DNA of 64,000 bases from Hypanus sabinus (taxonomy: Eukaryota): NCBI RefSeq assembly GCF_030144855.1, contig NC_082733.1, forward strand, positions 16,988,001-17,052,000. Direction: 5' to 3'. The notes beneath the pieces are model-generated. The model was not told the origin of the DNA and made no database searches. It saw only the letters and a list, made by a program, of their open reading frames with translations. A program made the translations under genes and the position numbers. The number at the start of each line of letters is the position of its first letter. The stretch's first letter is position 1. Of the stretch, positions 36,455 through 49,516 are shown in pieces.

Positions 36455-39235
36455 AGTCACAGAATCATACAGTCGTAGAAAAGAACAGCACAGAAAGTCA
36501 ATGCCAAGTTATTAATACTGCCTACTCCCATTAACCTGCAGTGGGTCCATAGACCTACATATCCCTACCATCCATGTACCTATCTAAACTTCTCTTAAAC
36601 ATTGAAATCAAGGTTGCATGCACCACATTCGCTGACAGCTCATTCCACATTCTCACAACCCTCTGAATGAAGAAGTTTCTCTTCATGTTCTCCTGAAACT
36701 TGTCACCTTTCACCTTTATCCCATGACCTCTAGTTGTAGACCCACCCAAATGCAGTGGAAAAAGCCTGCTTGCATTTACCCAACCCATACCCCTCCTAAT
36801 TTTGTATACCTCTATCAAATCTCCTCTCAGTCTTCTACGTTCCAAGGAATAAAGTCCTAATCTATTCAATCTTTCCTTATAGCTCAGGTTCTCCAGTCCC
36901 GGCAACATACTTGTAAATTTTCTCTGTACTCTTTCAACCTTACTTAGATCTTTCCTGTAGGTAGGTGACCAAAATTGTACTTAATACTGTAATCCAAATT
37001 AGGCCTCACCAACATCTTATACAACTTGAACATAACATCCCACCTCCTATACTCAATGCTTTGAGTTATGAAGGCCAAGGTTCCAAAAGATTTCTTTACA
37101 ACCCTATCTACCTGTGCTGCCACCATCAATGAATTATGGACCTGTATTCCCAGATCCCTCTGTTCTACACTCCTCAGTGCTCTACCATTCACTGTGTAAC
37201 ACCTACCTTGGATGGTCCTTTTGAGGTGTAACAACTTGTACTTGTCTGCATTAAATTCTGACTGCTATTTTACAGACCGTTTTTCTTGCAGATCTAGATC
37301 CTGCTGCAAGCCATGATAGTTATCGTTGCTGTCCACGTTAGACCTGATCTTGGTATCTTCTGAAAATTGGCTGATCTAGTTAGCCACATTATCATCCAGA
37401 TCATTGATATAGATGACAAGCAACATCAGACCCAGCACCGATCCCTGCGGCAGTCCACTAGTCACAGGCCTCCAATCAGAGAGACAAACATCTACTAGCG
37501 TTCTCTAGCCTCTCCCACAAAGCCAATGTCTAATACAATATACTAACACATCTTGAATGATGAGTGCCTGAACCCTCTTGACTAATCTCCCTTGTGGGAC
37601 CTTGACAAATGCCATGTAGACAACATCCACTGCCTCACCTTCATAAACTTTCCTGGTAATTATCTCAAAAAACTCTATAAGATTGCTTAGATATAACCTA
37701 CCACACACAAAGCCATGCTGACTACCCTTAATCAGTCAACATCTATCCAAGTACTCAAAAATCCAGTCCATTAGAATATCTTCCAATAACTTTCCTATGA
37801 CTGATGTCAGGCTCACCGGCCTATAATTTCCTGGCTTATGTTCAGAGTTTTTCTTAAACAGTGTGTTACGTACACACAACCCTGTAAAAGTGTCAACAAC
37901 AATAGAACACACCTGGAGTCTGGTTTTGCTGTTAACAAAACACAACTTTATTAGTAACCACATCATATAGTAACTTAAACCAGGTAAATCAAGAGTTAAT
38001 AGTGTTATGCATATAAAGGTGTAAAAAAAATAAAATTCCCGAACTTATTCAAGCTCTGGTGGCAACTACAGTCTTACGATGGTTTGTAAGAAAATTTAGT
38101 TCAGTTCACAGGTTAATTAATGCGAGATGTTTGTAATCCAAAGGCAAATGTTGTGAGAAGGCAATTACCTGTATATTCCACAGATTCCACGACAGCAAGA
38201 CTAGATAACAATAGCAGTAGGTTTTATCTCCGAAGTTGTTCCACTCCACACATGAAGTATCACCGACAGTGATCTTCAATGAATATCCTTTCAACATGTG
38301 GTACCACACCCAAATTCAGCTATGGGACATCCCAAAGTGGTGGCCACAGAATACTCAAACAGAATCCATGTACGGATTATCACAAAGGGGACCATCTTCA
38401 AGGAATCCACCACCCAGGCAAGGGTCAACACATCAGTAGATTCCAGAAGGTTACCCCAATCACACACAACGTGATAGCCACTTATTCAGTTCCACAACAT
38501 ACAAAATAACTCCAACAATGATTTGCGACAGGGGTGCCTTTCTTCAGTGAACTACCACGCCCAGACAAAGGGTAAACACACATGTGGTATGCACAGAGGT
38601 TTTCCCCTCACCAGAGAACCCACTCCTGTGGGTTAACTAAGTAACTATCATACTTTCGTCGCCGAATGGAAACAAACTCACCCTCACGGGCTACTGAGAG
38701 AGAGAGTTCAAACAATGATCCCTTTGTCACTAGGTTTCTTCTGTTTCAAACCTTCCTCTCCTCTCCTCTCTTCTCTCCAAACTTCTTCTAGTTGCAGCAC
38801 TTGTGAGAGTCATTTATCAATACTCTGGATCGATCTCAACTCACCTGTTTTGCGCTACTGAAAGTTTAAACCAGCAATCAACTCGTTGGTGTCTTCCATT
38901 GACCAAATCCATCTTGGCTCTAGCTGTGTATGTATGTGTGTCCTTGTATATTCAAAACAAGCTGCAAGAAACCATAAACATTCATTGTCCATCAAATAAC
39001 TCTCTCTCTCTCTCCCTCCCTCCCTCCCTCCCTCCCTCTCTCAATCTCCATGGAGCAGCTCAAATAATGTCCAAGAGTCAGTCTCATTTTCCTGGCATTT
39101 TGAAATGACAGTCCACAAAAAAATGAACCTAGGGGTATATAAAAAGTGGGACAATATTGGCTATCCTCCAATCTTCTGGCACTTCACCTGTCACTAAGGA
39201 TGATTTGAATACTGTACCTTTTCTAGGACCCCAGT
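36455..39235 (-). mobile_element. CR1 LINE inserted in gag of the nested Gypsy; interrupted by a solo LTR
   Basis: PGNYRPVSLTSVIGKLLE, LSNLIEFFE, LGLYSLERRRLRGDLIEVYKI; CR1 tail at ~36455-36500. Confidence 0.92.
37864..39144 (-). mobile_element. Large solo LTR (1281 bp) inside CR1
   Basis: TGTTACGTAC ... GTATATAAAA termini (decayed GTACGTAACA); 4-bp TSD AGTG (37860-37863 / 39145-39148); CR1 resumes in register on both sides. Confidence 0.85.
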
Positions 39236-40710
39236 ACTTGTTTCTCATTGGCTATTTCATTTGCTTCAAAATACTGCTCAATTTCCTCAGTGCACAAAAT
39301 TTAGTTATCTGTTGTGGAATCTAATCTGTCAATCTTTCTGATTTAACCAGCCATTTCTGCTCTTTTTTATGATTTATTATCACCCAATACTCACTGTTTA
39401 TGAATCCATGAAATCTTCCGTTTACTGCCTTTATTTTAAACTCAAACATTTCTTCCTTCCAGATAACATATGCTGTGTATTTTTTAACTCAAACGTTTCA
39501 CTGTGCTTTTTTAAAAACTCAAACACCTCACTGCACTTCCACAGTTAGGTGCTTAAAATTTCTTCGTCGCTACTGATGTTTCATAACTCCAAAACATAAA
39601 GCTAACTAAAGGGAAGAAAGGGAGCTAAAAGATGCGAGTCTTTGTTTTTTTTTATTTTAGCGAGACGTGCATGTTTCACATGGTAGCATCACGATGCATG
39701 CAATTCACGTATTTTTGTATATGATTTATTTAAACAAATAAAGAATGTTTAATCAACAACATATTTACAATACTACTCAAATATTACTAGAATATTACAT
39801 TACAGAACAATTAGCAAAAAAACCGAGGGTACAGACTTCTCTACTAGTCTCAGTGTAGCTCTGGAGATGTACAGTACCCATTACCAGCACCAGCAGATCT
39901 CTGCAAAATGGAATGATGGCTGCTACTTTGCAAAGTTGGATTTAACTGAAGCCTATCTCCAGGTAGGAGTAGCATAAAATTCACAGGAGTTTCTCACCAT
40001 TAAAACCCATAAGGGGCTGTATTTCTTCCTCCACCTGCCTTTCAGGGTAAAGGCGATTCCTTCAATTATCTAACAGCGTATAGACCCCATGCTAAGAGAT
40101 AGTAGTGGTGTTACTGCTTACCACTACAACATCAGTGTGATGGGTATGGATCAGACAGAACTGCGCCAACACCTGCACCATGTTTTAAACAACTACAAGA
40201 CCTTTGATTGCAACTTCCAGCAGACAAGTGCAGCCTCCTGATGTTTTCAACCATGTATCTGGAATTCACCCTAGGTGAGCACAGTGGTGACCCAGATCCC
40301 GAAAACATCACTGCTACAATGCCCTTTTCAAACAGCTGGTGCATTGCAGGGAGAGATGCAGAATAATGGCTGATCATACCCAAAGATGATTGTAAAGTGC
40401 TGATATCTGATGGTGGAGGCATCAATAAGATAGCAGAGAAGTTATCGGAAATCAAGAGGGAAAGGAAGATCGACTGAGGATCTCAACACTTTTCTGCTAA
40501 TTACACCAGATCCAGGCCTTGAGGAAATGTCACTAGCTGATTTGTTTTTGGGAAGAAAACTGTGCAGTGTTGGATGAAATGCTGCCACAGTGTCCAGTGT
40601 CCAAGATAGCATATGGTCAGGTGCACAAAGGCAGTCAAACAGACCTTGGTCAATGTTTGAAGACATTCAAGCCCAGAGTTGCGGTATCATCTTCATTTTC
40701 AAGAGGGAGG

Positions 40711-40980
40711 TGTAACAGCGAGCTGAAACAACCAAAGCTAATTGGTTAGCTGACAACAAATCCCAGGCTGACTTCCACTAATTGATCATTATTCCAATCA
40801 ATGTCTTGAATACACTGATAAACCATTTAAATAGTCATGCTTCGGGGTGTACAGTTGAGCTTAGAATTGACAGTTTGTAGTTTAGTGTTTTTACTGAAAA
40901 AAGAAGTATTCTGAGTTCCAGCTTTGTCCTGTCAGTTGGCTTCTGGTCTTATCAGTAGTTATAGGTGAGTGGATACAACA
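40711..40980 (+). repeat. 3' LTR of the outer Gypsy element
   Basis: TGTAAC...ACAACA, preceded by the PPT and followed by the TSD ATCTC. Confidence 0.9.
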
Positions 40981-42291
40981 ATCTCTCTTCCTCAAGAAGC
41001 AATGGAAGCAGAATCTTTGAATATTTACAGGCAGTGATAAGACAAGAAAGCAAAGAGGTGAACAATGACCACAGAGAGATGGGAATGTATGGATAAGGCT
41101 ACAGTCAGATCAACCACAATCTAATTAAATGGAGAAGCATGGAGCCTGGACCTGCTCCAAACTCAAATATCTGTAGGTCAGGCCAAGGTGGTGCAGTGCC
41201 TAGCCTCATAGTTGTCTGTGGTCATTCACCCAAAGTCATACGTAACCTGCTCACCTAAGGCACGGTACCTTAAAAAGAGCAACAGGAAGAGGGAAAGGTA
41301 AACAAAAGGGTTGGGGAATGGGGAATGGGGAAGGATGATTAGTCAGGTATCAAGTTGATTCTTTTATTATTTTAGCAACACTTGGTTGAATTTTGGTGTT
41401 GGATTTTATATCTGCTTTCTTATTAGGGAGATTAAAAATGGATTGACATGGAGGAGAATGCAATGAGGTGGAAACTAAAAAGGACAGATGGGTGACAGGG
41501 GAAGGTTAGTTGAAAATCATGAAGTTTGCTTGAGATCAACCATAGTGCTCTGTAATTAGGTGGTCTCAAAGAGCATGCCAGATAGAATCTGCCATGATGG
41601 ATGCCTCCCTCTTCATCATCTTCATACTCATTTCTTCAATTCCTAAAGAGGAGATCACTGTTAAAGCAAAGGAAATGGTGAAAGTTTTGCAGGGGCATTA
41701 CTACATAGTGGTGATGCAGGGGACAGATGGATAGTTATTGTGTTTCCTGTATTAAAACAGGAAGCTCAAAACAATCCAATGAACAATTGACTAATTAGCT
41801 TAATATAGGTACAAGGAAATACAATGTAATCTTTAAAATCAAATCAATATACTGTAAAATGGAAACATCTGAAGAAGAAGGATCATACCTAGCCAGAATC
41901 ACTGATTTCTTTCAAAGAAGCAGTAGATAATGACAATACAGTAGTGCAAAATTTCAAAAGGTCCTTAATAAAAGTTACCATCTACCAAATGATGCTAAGT
42001 ATTTTCTAAGTGTCAGAGTAGATGGCAAATAGGCTATAATATAGCAAGATTATGTTCTCGGTGACTACAAACAGGAGAAAGAATTGAGAAATTATGTCTC
42101 TCATAAGTGCTGGGATTACCTTTGTTCACAATTTTTGACAGTGTTCGAAGAGCAAAGGTAAAGTTTGTAGTTGACTTCAAACTGAGGGAGATAGATATAT
42201 AGTACAAAGGAAGACTGAGTCAAAATATTAAACACATAAATGAATTTGCAGAATGTGCATTTAATAATTAAATTAACTTCAACATAAATGG

Positions 42292-42853
42292 ACTCAGTGG
42301 CCACTCTATTAGTTATTTCCTGTACCTAATAAAGTGGTCACATAGAGTATGTTTGTGATCTTCTGCTGCTATCATTGGTCCACTTCAAGGTTTGATGTGC
42401 GATGCATTTAGAGATGCTCTTCTGCACACCACAGTTGTAACACGCGGTTACTTGAGTTACACTCACCTTCCTGTCAGCTTGAACCGATCCAGCTATTCTC
42501 CTCTGCCCTCCCATTAACACGGCATTTTCACCCACAGAACTGCCGCTCAGTGGATTTTTTTATTTTTGGGTTTTTATTTCTCGCATCATTCTCCGTAATC
42601 TCTACAGACTTTTGAGTGTGAACATCCCAGGAGATCAGCAGTCGCAGAGATAATCAAACCACCCCATCTTGCCCCCAACGAACAGCCCACAGTCAAAGTC
42701 ACATAGATCACATTCGTTCCCCATTCTGATGTTTGGTCTGAACAAAAAATGTACCTCTTGACCATGTCTGCATGCTTTTATGCAATGAGGTGCTGCCACA
42801 TGATTGGCTGATGCTTGCATTACAGGTGTACCTAATAAAGTGGCCACTGAGTA
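42292..42853 (-). mobile_element. Tc1/mariner non-autonomous derivative, same family as 19600-20172
   Basis: TIRs ACTCAGTGGCCACT.TATTAG / CTAATAAAGTGGCCACTGAGT; transposase remnant CDLCDFDCGLFVG.. Confidence 0.85.
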
Positions 42854-43754
42854 GATATAAGGGATGCATTTCAAAAAGAGAATGGGACACCATATAATTA
42901 TTTCAAAAGTAGAGAAAAATAGGATTATATGGCAGAGGTTTGTAGGAGTAAAGTATGCAAATTATTTGAAGTAATAAACAAGTTAAGGAGCCATTGAGAA
43001 TCGAAACACAGAACTGCAGTTAAGCTTTAGAAGGATAGTAAAATACAAAAAAATTATACTCACTTATAACCCTGATTAGATCTGTTGGCTGGTGTGACTT
43101 CAGTATTATAAACCAGGTATTAAAGTACTGGATAATGTGCATAAAATATTTACAAATGTGTTGAACGAACTTAGAGAATACACAAGTTAGCAAAGATTAA
43201 ACATCATGCATTCTGTTCAATGGAAGAGAAGATTGACAGGTGATAACTAAGTACATAAGGAACATGGGCTGGAGCAAGACACTTGGTCCCTCCGGGGATA
43301 TCTGCCATTCAGTACCATCAAGGTTGCTCTAATCTTGACTTTGAAGTGAGGTTTCAACTCTTTCTACATACACTTGGCTCTCTTGCAGCTTCAATATATT
43401 CAATGATTCCGCTTCCAAACTTCTTAAGGAAAGTTAGGCCTAGACAGTTCTGCTCATATCTTTAAAATGGATAAACAAAAAATAAAATCAATCTTATATT
43501 ACATCAACAGTCCAGAAATAATGTCTTGAGTACCTGCTGAGTAAGAGGAAGAAGATCCTCCCATGGAGAGTACAACAAAGTAAGGGAAAGAGGGCAAAAG
43601 TTCAGGTATGAGGAAGTGAGTGAAATAAAAGAGATTATGAATAAAACTATCTCAGATAAAAGTATCTCAGCCTTCAATGCAACTGAAAAGCAAAGGAAAG
43701 AGGTTATATCTCTCTGAGCATCATGAGAAAAGAAAAAGAGATTTTAGCAGTTTG

Positions 43755-44060
43755 AATTTGCCGTGCACAGATTGCTGCAGCTGCACTTGCATGAGATGAG
43801 GAATTGTTGCGGCTTGTTCTTGCAGAAACGTGGCTCCGGGACAACATCTATGCACCTTCAATCTGAAGGCTGTGACACTCAGGGACTTGGACTATATATT
43901 TTTTGTAACTGCACGTTTTTCTGCTATCATAATTATACGTGCTATGTGCAATGGGTGACTTTTGGTACTGTGTTTTGCTCCTTAGCCCGAGCGGGATGCT
44001 CTTTCATTTGGCTGTATTCCTGTGTATGTTTGACAATGACAAATGAACTATGTGTTTTGG
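43755..44060 (+). mobile_element. Non-autonomous retroposon-like repeat with Rex1-type end
   Basis: Ends ..TGGCTGTATTC..AATGACAAATGAACT, resembling AATGACAATAAA tails; motif shared with 7050-7535. Confidence 0.5.
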
Positions 44061-44064
44061 AATA

Positions 44065-44330
44065 TAAGAAAAAAAGAAGCAGGAGCAAGAGCATTCAATA
44101 AGATCATGCCTCATCTAACCTTGCCACCAAAACCTTTCTCCTTCTCTTTGCTATTCCCCTTAATTCCCTTGCGGTTAAAATGTTGGTCATTGTCTGCCTG
44201 AATATATGCAATGACTTTCCCTATTTAGTTATCTTGGGCAGAGGATTCCAAAGCTCCAAAACTTTCTAGGAGAGGACATTGCTCCTTATGTCCACCTTAA
44301 AAAGACAACCCCCTTTCCTGAAACTGGATA
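44065..44330 (-). mobile_element. Old CR1 3' tail
   Basis: AGCAGGAG..CATTCAATAAGATCATG..GGGCAGAGGATTCCAAAG pattern as at 16840-17090. Confidence 0.6.
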
Positions 44331-45954
44331 TCCAATCAACGCTCTGTTGCAAGTTTCTTCCTGATTGGACCTAGAATCTTTTTATGAATGCCATTCATTT
44401 GCTCCTTGTAACAACATGCCACTTACTGTACTCTTATTGGGTACATGTCCACCATGGCTGAATGGAATGGGGAGAAAGTCACCACTGTCACTAATTAGAC
44501 GGCCTCTAACAGGGAGCAGGTGACTTTTGGAGAACCAAGGGACATTGACTACTCGTCTCACACCGGGCACAGATGCACAATGTGCACTGTGGGTCACATG
44601 CTAACTGAACACTGAGGGAGAAGGACCACTTTCTGCTGAGCAAGACTGCAGGTCTTGGATGAAGCAGGCGCAAGGCAATGCCAATGCAAACATCTCCTCC
44701 CTCTACCATCAGGAGATCAATATGCAGATGAAACTTCTTGCTCATTCTTCTTTCTCTTGGACATTTTTGAATGTGTTTTCGACGTTTAATTTGAATTGGT
44801 TCCATGAGCTGACTGATACAACAGTGCACTGCAAATGAGGAGATGACACCAGCACTTCCAAAGTAAGCCTATAACTCTATATAAATATAAATCATCTACA
44901 GTATAATCTTTCTGATTGCTACCCTGCTTTCAGGCTGGCATTTGGATGAACAGCAGATGAGACAGCACTGCGAAAATGCCCATGATGAAGCAAAGGCATT
45001 TCACTCATTGACGTATATCGAGGTTAAGGTGGAATAAATGTTCCTTAAAGATCTTTTGTGGAGATGTGGCTGGAGTGTCCTCCATTCATCCTGCTGCACA
45101 ACTCTGTTATTTCCTCCAGGCCCCTAAAATACAACCATGTTTTAGAGCAAAAGATAAAACCCTTCAGGACTATCAAAATAAGTCCACTCCTTATGCTAGT
45201 AATTACTGAAACTTCCCACAGCTCTGGTGATAATCCAAATATGATTGCTAGTCAATAAGCAGCCAGAAATAATAAATCCATAAACTGTGATCTATTTAAA
45301 TACCTGCCATTGAGGTTCCTCCAGCCATTTAAGAATACATACAGCTTCCTAAGTTAAGAAAGATTTGCTGCTGCGTGCTATGCCACATGGAACTTCAGAC
45401 CAGTATTGTGCACTTACACAACAGTCGGTAGGGAATACATTAGCATAATAGAGATACTATATGAAAGTTCCAGTGAGGCTGGGCCCACTTTCCAAATCTG
45501 TCAGTACGGCCAGGACTTTCTGGTTGTGTTTAATAGCATATTCGTAGATGTCTTGTACTTTCTGCTGTTTCAAATGCCAAATGTTGTTGGTTCTGTTCAA
45601 AACTACCAGCAGTAGCCAAAGAGGTCGGGCCTTGTGTGGAGTTCTTCCTCCACTGCCTTCATCTCCATGGCAACCTATATAGCTAGGAATTTTTACCCAC
45701 ACAGAGCATCCTTTCTCATGTTCTCAGAACTGATAATCTGCATGAACACCTTGCTGTGGCCTAGTACCATCTCTGAATTGTGATGTAATTGTATGGCCCT
45801 GAAAAATTGTCTGTTTTCCTCAGCTGGCGTTGGATGTCTTGCTTAATATTTCCACCAATTTTTGATTTTTTATTTTAGCTCTTCAGCATCTGGAGTTTTT
45901 TTGTTTTCCTATCATTATTTGTTATACATCTTGTGGGTGGGGGGGGGGTGCACA

Positions 45955-46320
45955 GGAGGGAATCTGATTAAAACCTGTAGAATATTGAAAAACCTAGAAG
46001 AGTGAATGTGGAGAGAATGTTTCGTATAGTGGGAAAGTCTAAGATCAAATGACACAACCTCAAGGTAGAAGGGTGTTTCTTTAGAATAGAGATCAGAAGG
46101 AATTTATTTTGTCAATGGTGGTGGATCTGTGTAATTCATTGACAGGGATGGCTATGGAAGCCATGTCATTGGCTATTTTCCTGATTAGTAATGGTGTCAA
46201 AGTTTACGGGGAGAAGGCAGGATAATGGGTTTTAGAAAGATAATATATCAGCCATGATAAAATGGCAGAGCAGACTTGATGGGCCACATGATCCAATTCA
46301 GCTCCTGTGACTCATGGTCT
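45955..46320 (+). mobile_element. CR1 3' end
   Basis: GGGAATCTGATTAAAACC..GAAGGAATTT..AATGGCAGAGCAGACTTGATGGGCC; similar to 21800-22160. Confidence 0.85.
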
Positions 46321-47559
46321 TCAGCTGTAGAATGGAAAGCCTGGCCTGAGAGAGATTAGTAGTGTTGTAATTTTATTCAAGATTTTATCTTTTACACTTG
46401 AATGCCATTTATTTGGAAAAAGCTGTTGGGGTCTTCTGTTCAAAAAACATAATCAAATGAATTGCTGATAAAAGTTCCTTCATTTTTTTTGGGATAGATA
46501 ATTTCATAAGATTCTCAGGACTTCTCATGTTATTTTAAAGAAGCTTTTCCTGGTCTTCATTCAGCACTTCCTTTTTTCAGTCAGGATTAGATTGACCTTT
46601 TTTTCTGTAAAGTATCAGTAAACAGAAGAAAGAACAACTAAAAGCTATATTACAGCCAATGATTCTGAAGGAAGTTTGTCTATGGATGAGGGAGGTGTTT
46701 GGATGAGGTCATCTAAGAAAAAATTGGATAGAACTTTTAACCTAGCTCCCAAAGACATTCTCCCACACAGCCTACATGTCCAATACATCTTTTCACAACA
46801 CCATATTTCATACCCACTTCCCACAGCCAAGTAAAATACTAGGATGGGAGAACCATAGAACATCAAAATTTGTTGAAGAATAGCAGACAAGTCTTTCCAG
46901 GCACCCCGAACGATTAAGTAAAGGCTACAGTGCCTGATACCAGGAAACATTAACAAGCTGCCTTCCATAAACAAAAATAGTTTGAAAACACAGACACTTG
47001 TACTGGTGCTTTGTTATTATTTACAATATTTTGACTCTCACTGCTCAGTTTGGTGACTTGCTCTAAGGAGCAGTAATTTCCCACTGTTTAATCCCATGCC
47101 TTTGCAGTTCCCCTTTGGAACCATATGAACGAGCCAACTGTACAAAGACAATTTCATTCTTTTATAAAAGACCCCAGTAATATCTCTTGAAGCTTCAATA
47201 TTCTCTCCTACCTCCCCACTACACGAAGAGGCCAGTTCTGTCACATAATTGAACAGCAGCTGAACCAAAGGTTTCTATAATGCGCTTTAGTACCTCCTAT
47301 CCTTATTTGTCCCCATGACACACCTTAAACACTAGTTTGCTTTCCCAAGAACATCAAGGTATTGGTCATAGAGCTTCACTATCTCATTGAAGATAATTTT
47401 CCTCCTCACTTACATTAGATTACAGAAACTGAATAAAGAACACACAACCCTGTGAGACATTACTGCAGAATCACAAGGACTAGTACATTTTGAAAGACTT
47501 TGCTAACTTTCACAATACTGTATTTGGTATGAACAATCTGAGGCATTTTGCTAGAGTAG

Positions 47560-47760
47560 TTTTGAAAAGTTAAAATTAAAATCTGAGCTGCCCAGAGAAG
47601 TATTAGGACAGATAACCCAAAAGCTTGGTCGATGGTATTGAGGTTTAAGGAGCATCTTTGAGAAGATGCCTGTCAGTGAGGCAAATAAATTTGGGAAGGG
47701 AATTCCAGAGCTTGGGCTGTGTATGTTGGATTAAGTTAATTTGCAGATACAGAAGAAACA
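47560..47760 (-). mobile_element. L2-type/SINE 3' tail fragment
   Basis: GATAACCCAAAAGCTTGGTC..TTTAAGGAGCATCTT..GGAAGGGAATTCCAGAGCTTGGG. Confidence 0.5.
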
Positions 47761-47929
47761 AGGATTGCTGGAATACAGGTATTTCAGAGGACTGCGGGAA
47801 GTAGGTGATACAAGGGCACGACGGGATTTGATCCAACGATAAGAAGTTTTAGAATAAGAGTGATACAATGGCATGGCTGCTGACTCATAGCTCCAACAAC
47901 CATGTTCAATCCTAATCTTCAAGGATGTC

Positions 47930-48790
47930 CTTGTGAAAATGATGCAGGACATCTGAAAAATCCTCTTTCTTCAGTAAACATGGCTTCCCTGTACTGCGGT
48001 TGATGGAGCCCTCAACCTCACTTCCTTCATTACCCACACTTCTATTCTTTCCCTGCTTCCTCACAGACAGAACATAGGTAGAGTTCCTTTGATCCTCACC
48101 TTTCATTCTATCATTCCATCAACTGCTAAGTGATCCCACTACCAGTCACACCTTCCTCTCCCTACCTCTTTTGCAAAGACCACTCTCTCTGTGAATCCCT
48201 GGTTTATCCATTCCTCCTCATCCACCCCCACCCTCACTTCAGGCAAACTTTTCCATGCCAACTAAGAGACGCAACATATGTCCTTACACCTCGCCCTTCA
48301 CCCCCACCCAGGGACCTAAATAACTTGTCCAGGTGAGGCAGATACACTTCCTTCAACCTCGACTATTGCATGAGGTGCCCCTGATGTCGCCCTTCTCTAC
48401 ATTGGCAAGATCAAGCATAAACTGGGTGACTACTTTGGTGAGTACCTGCATTCCGCTCACAATGGCCATCGTGACCTCCTGGTTGCATTCCGTTTCGACT
48501 GCCCTTCCCGTTCCCATATTGCTATGTCTATCTTTGGCCTTCTCTGCTGCCAAGGCAAGGACAAATGCAAACCAGAGAACGGTGTCTTGTATACCATCTG
48601 GATAGTCTCCAAGTTAGTAGTGTAAACATTAAGTTTTCCAGTATCGGGTAAACTGCACCATCTCTGTTCATTACTCTCTCCTTCTGATCCAAGCAGATCT
48701 CTCAACCATGCTACCACCTCCCCCCCCACCCAGCCATCTGTTCCCCAGTTTCTCACTCCTCTCCCACCTGGTTCCATCTGCAAATCACCC
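47930..48790 (+). mobile_element. Penelope-like (Neptune-type) 3' portion: linker and GIY-YIG
   Basis: FFSKHGFP, RVPLILTFH, YCMRCP..LLYIGKIKHKLGDYFGEYLHS, pyrimidine-rich 3' UTR. Confidence 0.85.
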
Positions 48791-48864
48791 ACATATTTAA
48801 CCCAAAAGAGTGAATAACAATCACAGAAACCAAAAGCCTGTAACTTCGCTTTTGCAGTTGTGCT

Positions 48865-49410
48865 TTTGAAACGCCAGCACAACCTGGCATTGTTGCGGTG
48901 TTCTGGGGCATTTGGTGAACTGGAGTCTTGACGGTGCAGTATGGTTGTGGCAGCGCAGCAGGTACAGGCCAAATCGGGGCGGTGTGGTCCACGCCTAAGA
49001 ACAAGGAACAAGCTGACGTCTGGCCATTGCTGGAGAAGACAGGGCCGAATCGAAGCTGCATGGCCCAGCCCTGAGAGCAAGGAATGAGCCAATCTTTGGC
49101 CAGTTTAAGTGCAGGGGCAATTGAAAAGTTTGGGGTGTCAAAGCCTTAGGTGAAGGGAGGGCCAGTGTTTAGCTCACTGCTCCAGGAGGTTTATTCGTCT
49201 CTGTACTGAACTGAGGCTGTGGCTTGCGACTAATGGGCTCCTGGATGGGCTGCAGCAATGAACTGGCTCTGTTGCCGTGAATTCACTTTCATGGACTTTT
49301 GCTCTGAATGTTATTTGTTAACTTTTTATTGTTTGCATGATTTGTTCTTTTCATGCATTGGGTGTTTGATGGTATTTTTTAATCGGTTTTATTGGGTTTT
49401 GTTGCACATT
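48865..49410 (+). mobile_element. GC-rich non-autonomous retroposon-like repeat
   Basis: GC-rich body plus T-rich 3' part homologous to 1380-1580. Confidence 0.55.
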
Positions 49411-49516
49411 TAATATTTAGAGTAATGGAGTCATCAAAAATTACAACACAGAGAAAGGCCCTTCGGCCCATTTAGTCCCACCCAGCCACGGTGGGAAAAT
49501 ACTGCATTCACCCTAT

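Larger units (their letters stand above)
32416..39809 (-). mobile_element. Second Ty3/Gypsy element (two LTRs, gag-pol remnants) nested antisense in the RT of the outer element
   Basis: LTRs 32416-32664 and 39574-39809; PBS-like TAGCGACGAAG on the minus strand (~39562-39572); protease ELDTGSAVSVI; RT INTHKGLYRHNRFNFGVAS..QCYLDVFIV; RNase H PIAFASHFLTSVEKNHAQ..FTLITDHQPL; integrase HPWEWLALPWQKTHVDFAGP; imperfect TSD ATCAT/ATTAG. Confidence 0.92.
25628..40980 (+). mobile_element. Ty3/Gypsy LTR retrotransposon (K02A2.6-like pol) with two LTRs and multiple nested insertions
   Basis: LTRs 25628-25894 and 40711-40980; TSD ATCTC (25623-25627 / 40981-40985); PBS-like TGGCAGTGAGG at 25898; PPT AAGAGGGAGG before 40711; gag (LSFDETVQKLTSIFGEQSS, CSKCQCCSHKEGFC), protease (VKLQLDMASDITSIS), RT (FAKLDLTEAYLQV). 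Confidence 0.92.

Noticed and set aside
38280-38640. Spaced repeats superficially like a CRISPR array
   Set aside because: Only a few degenerate, irregular units inside a eukaryotic solo LTR; no cas genes.
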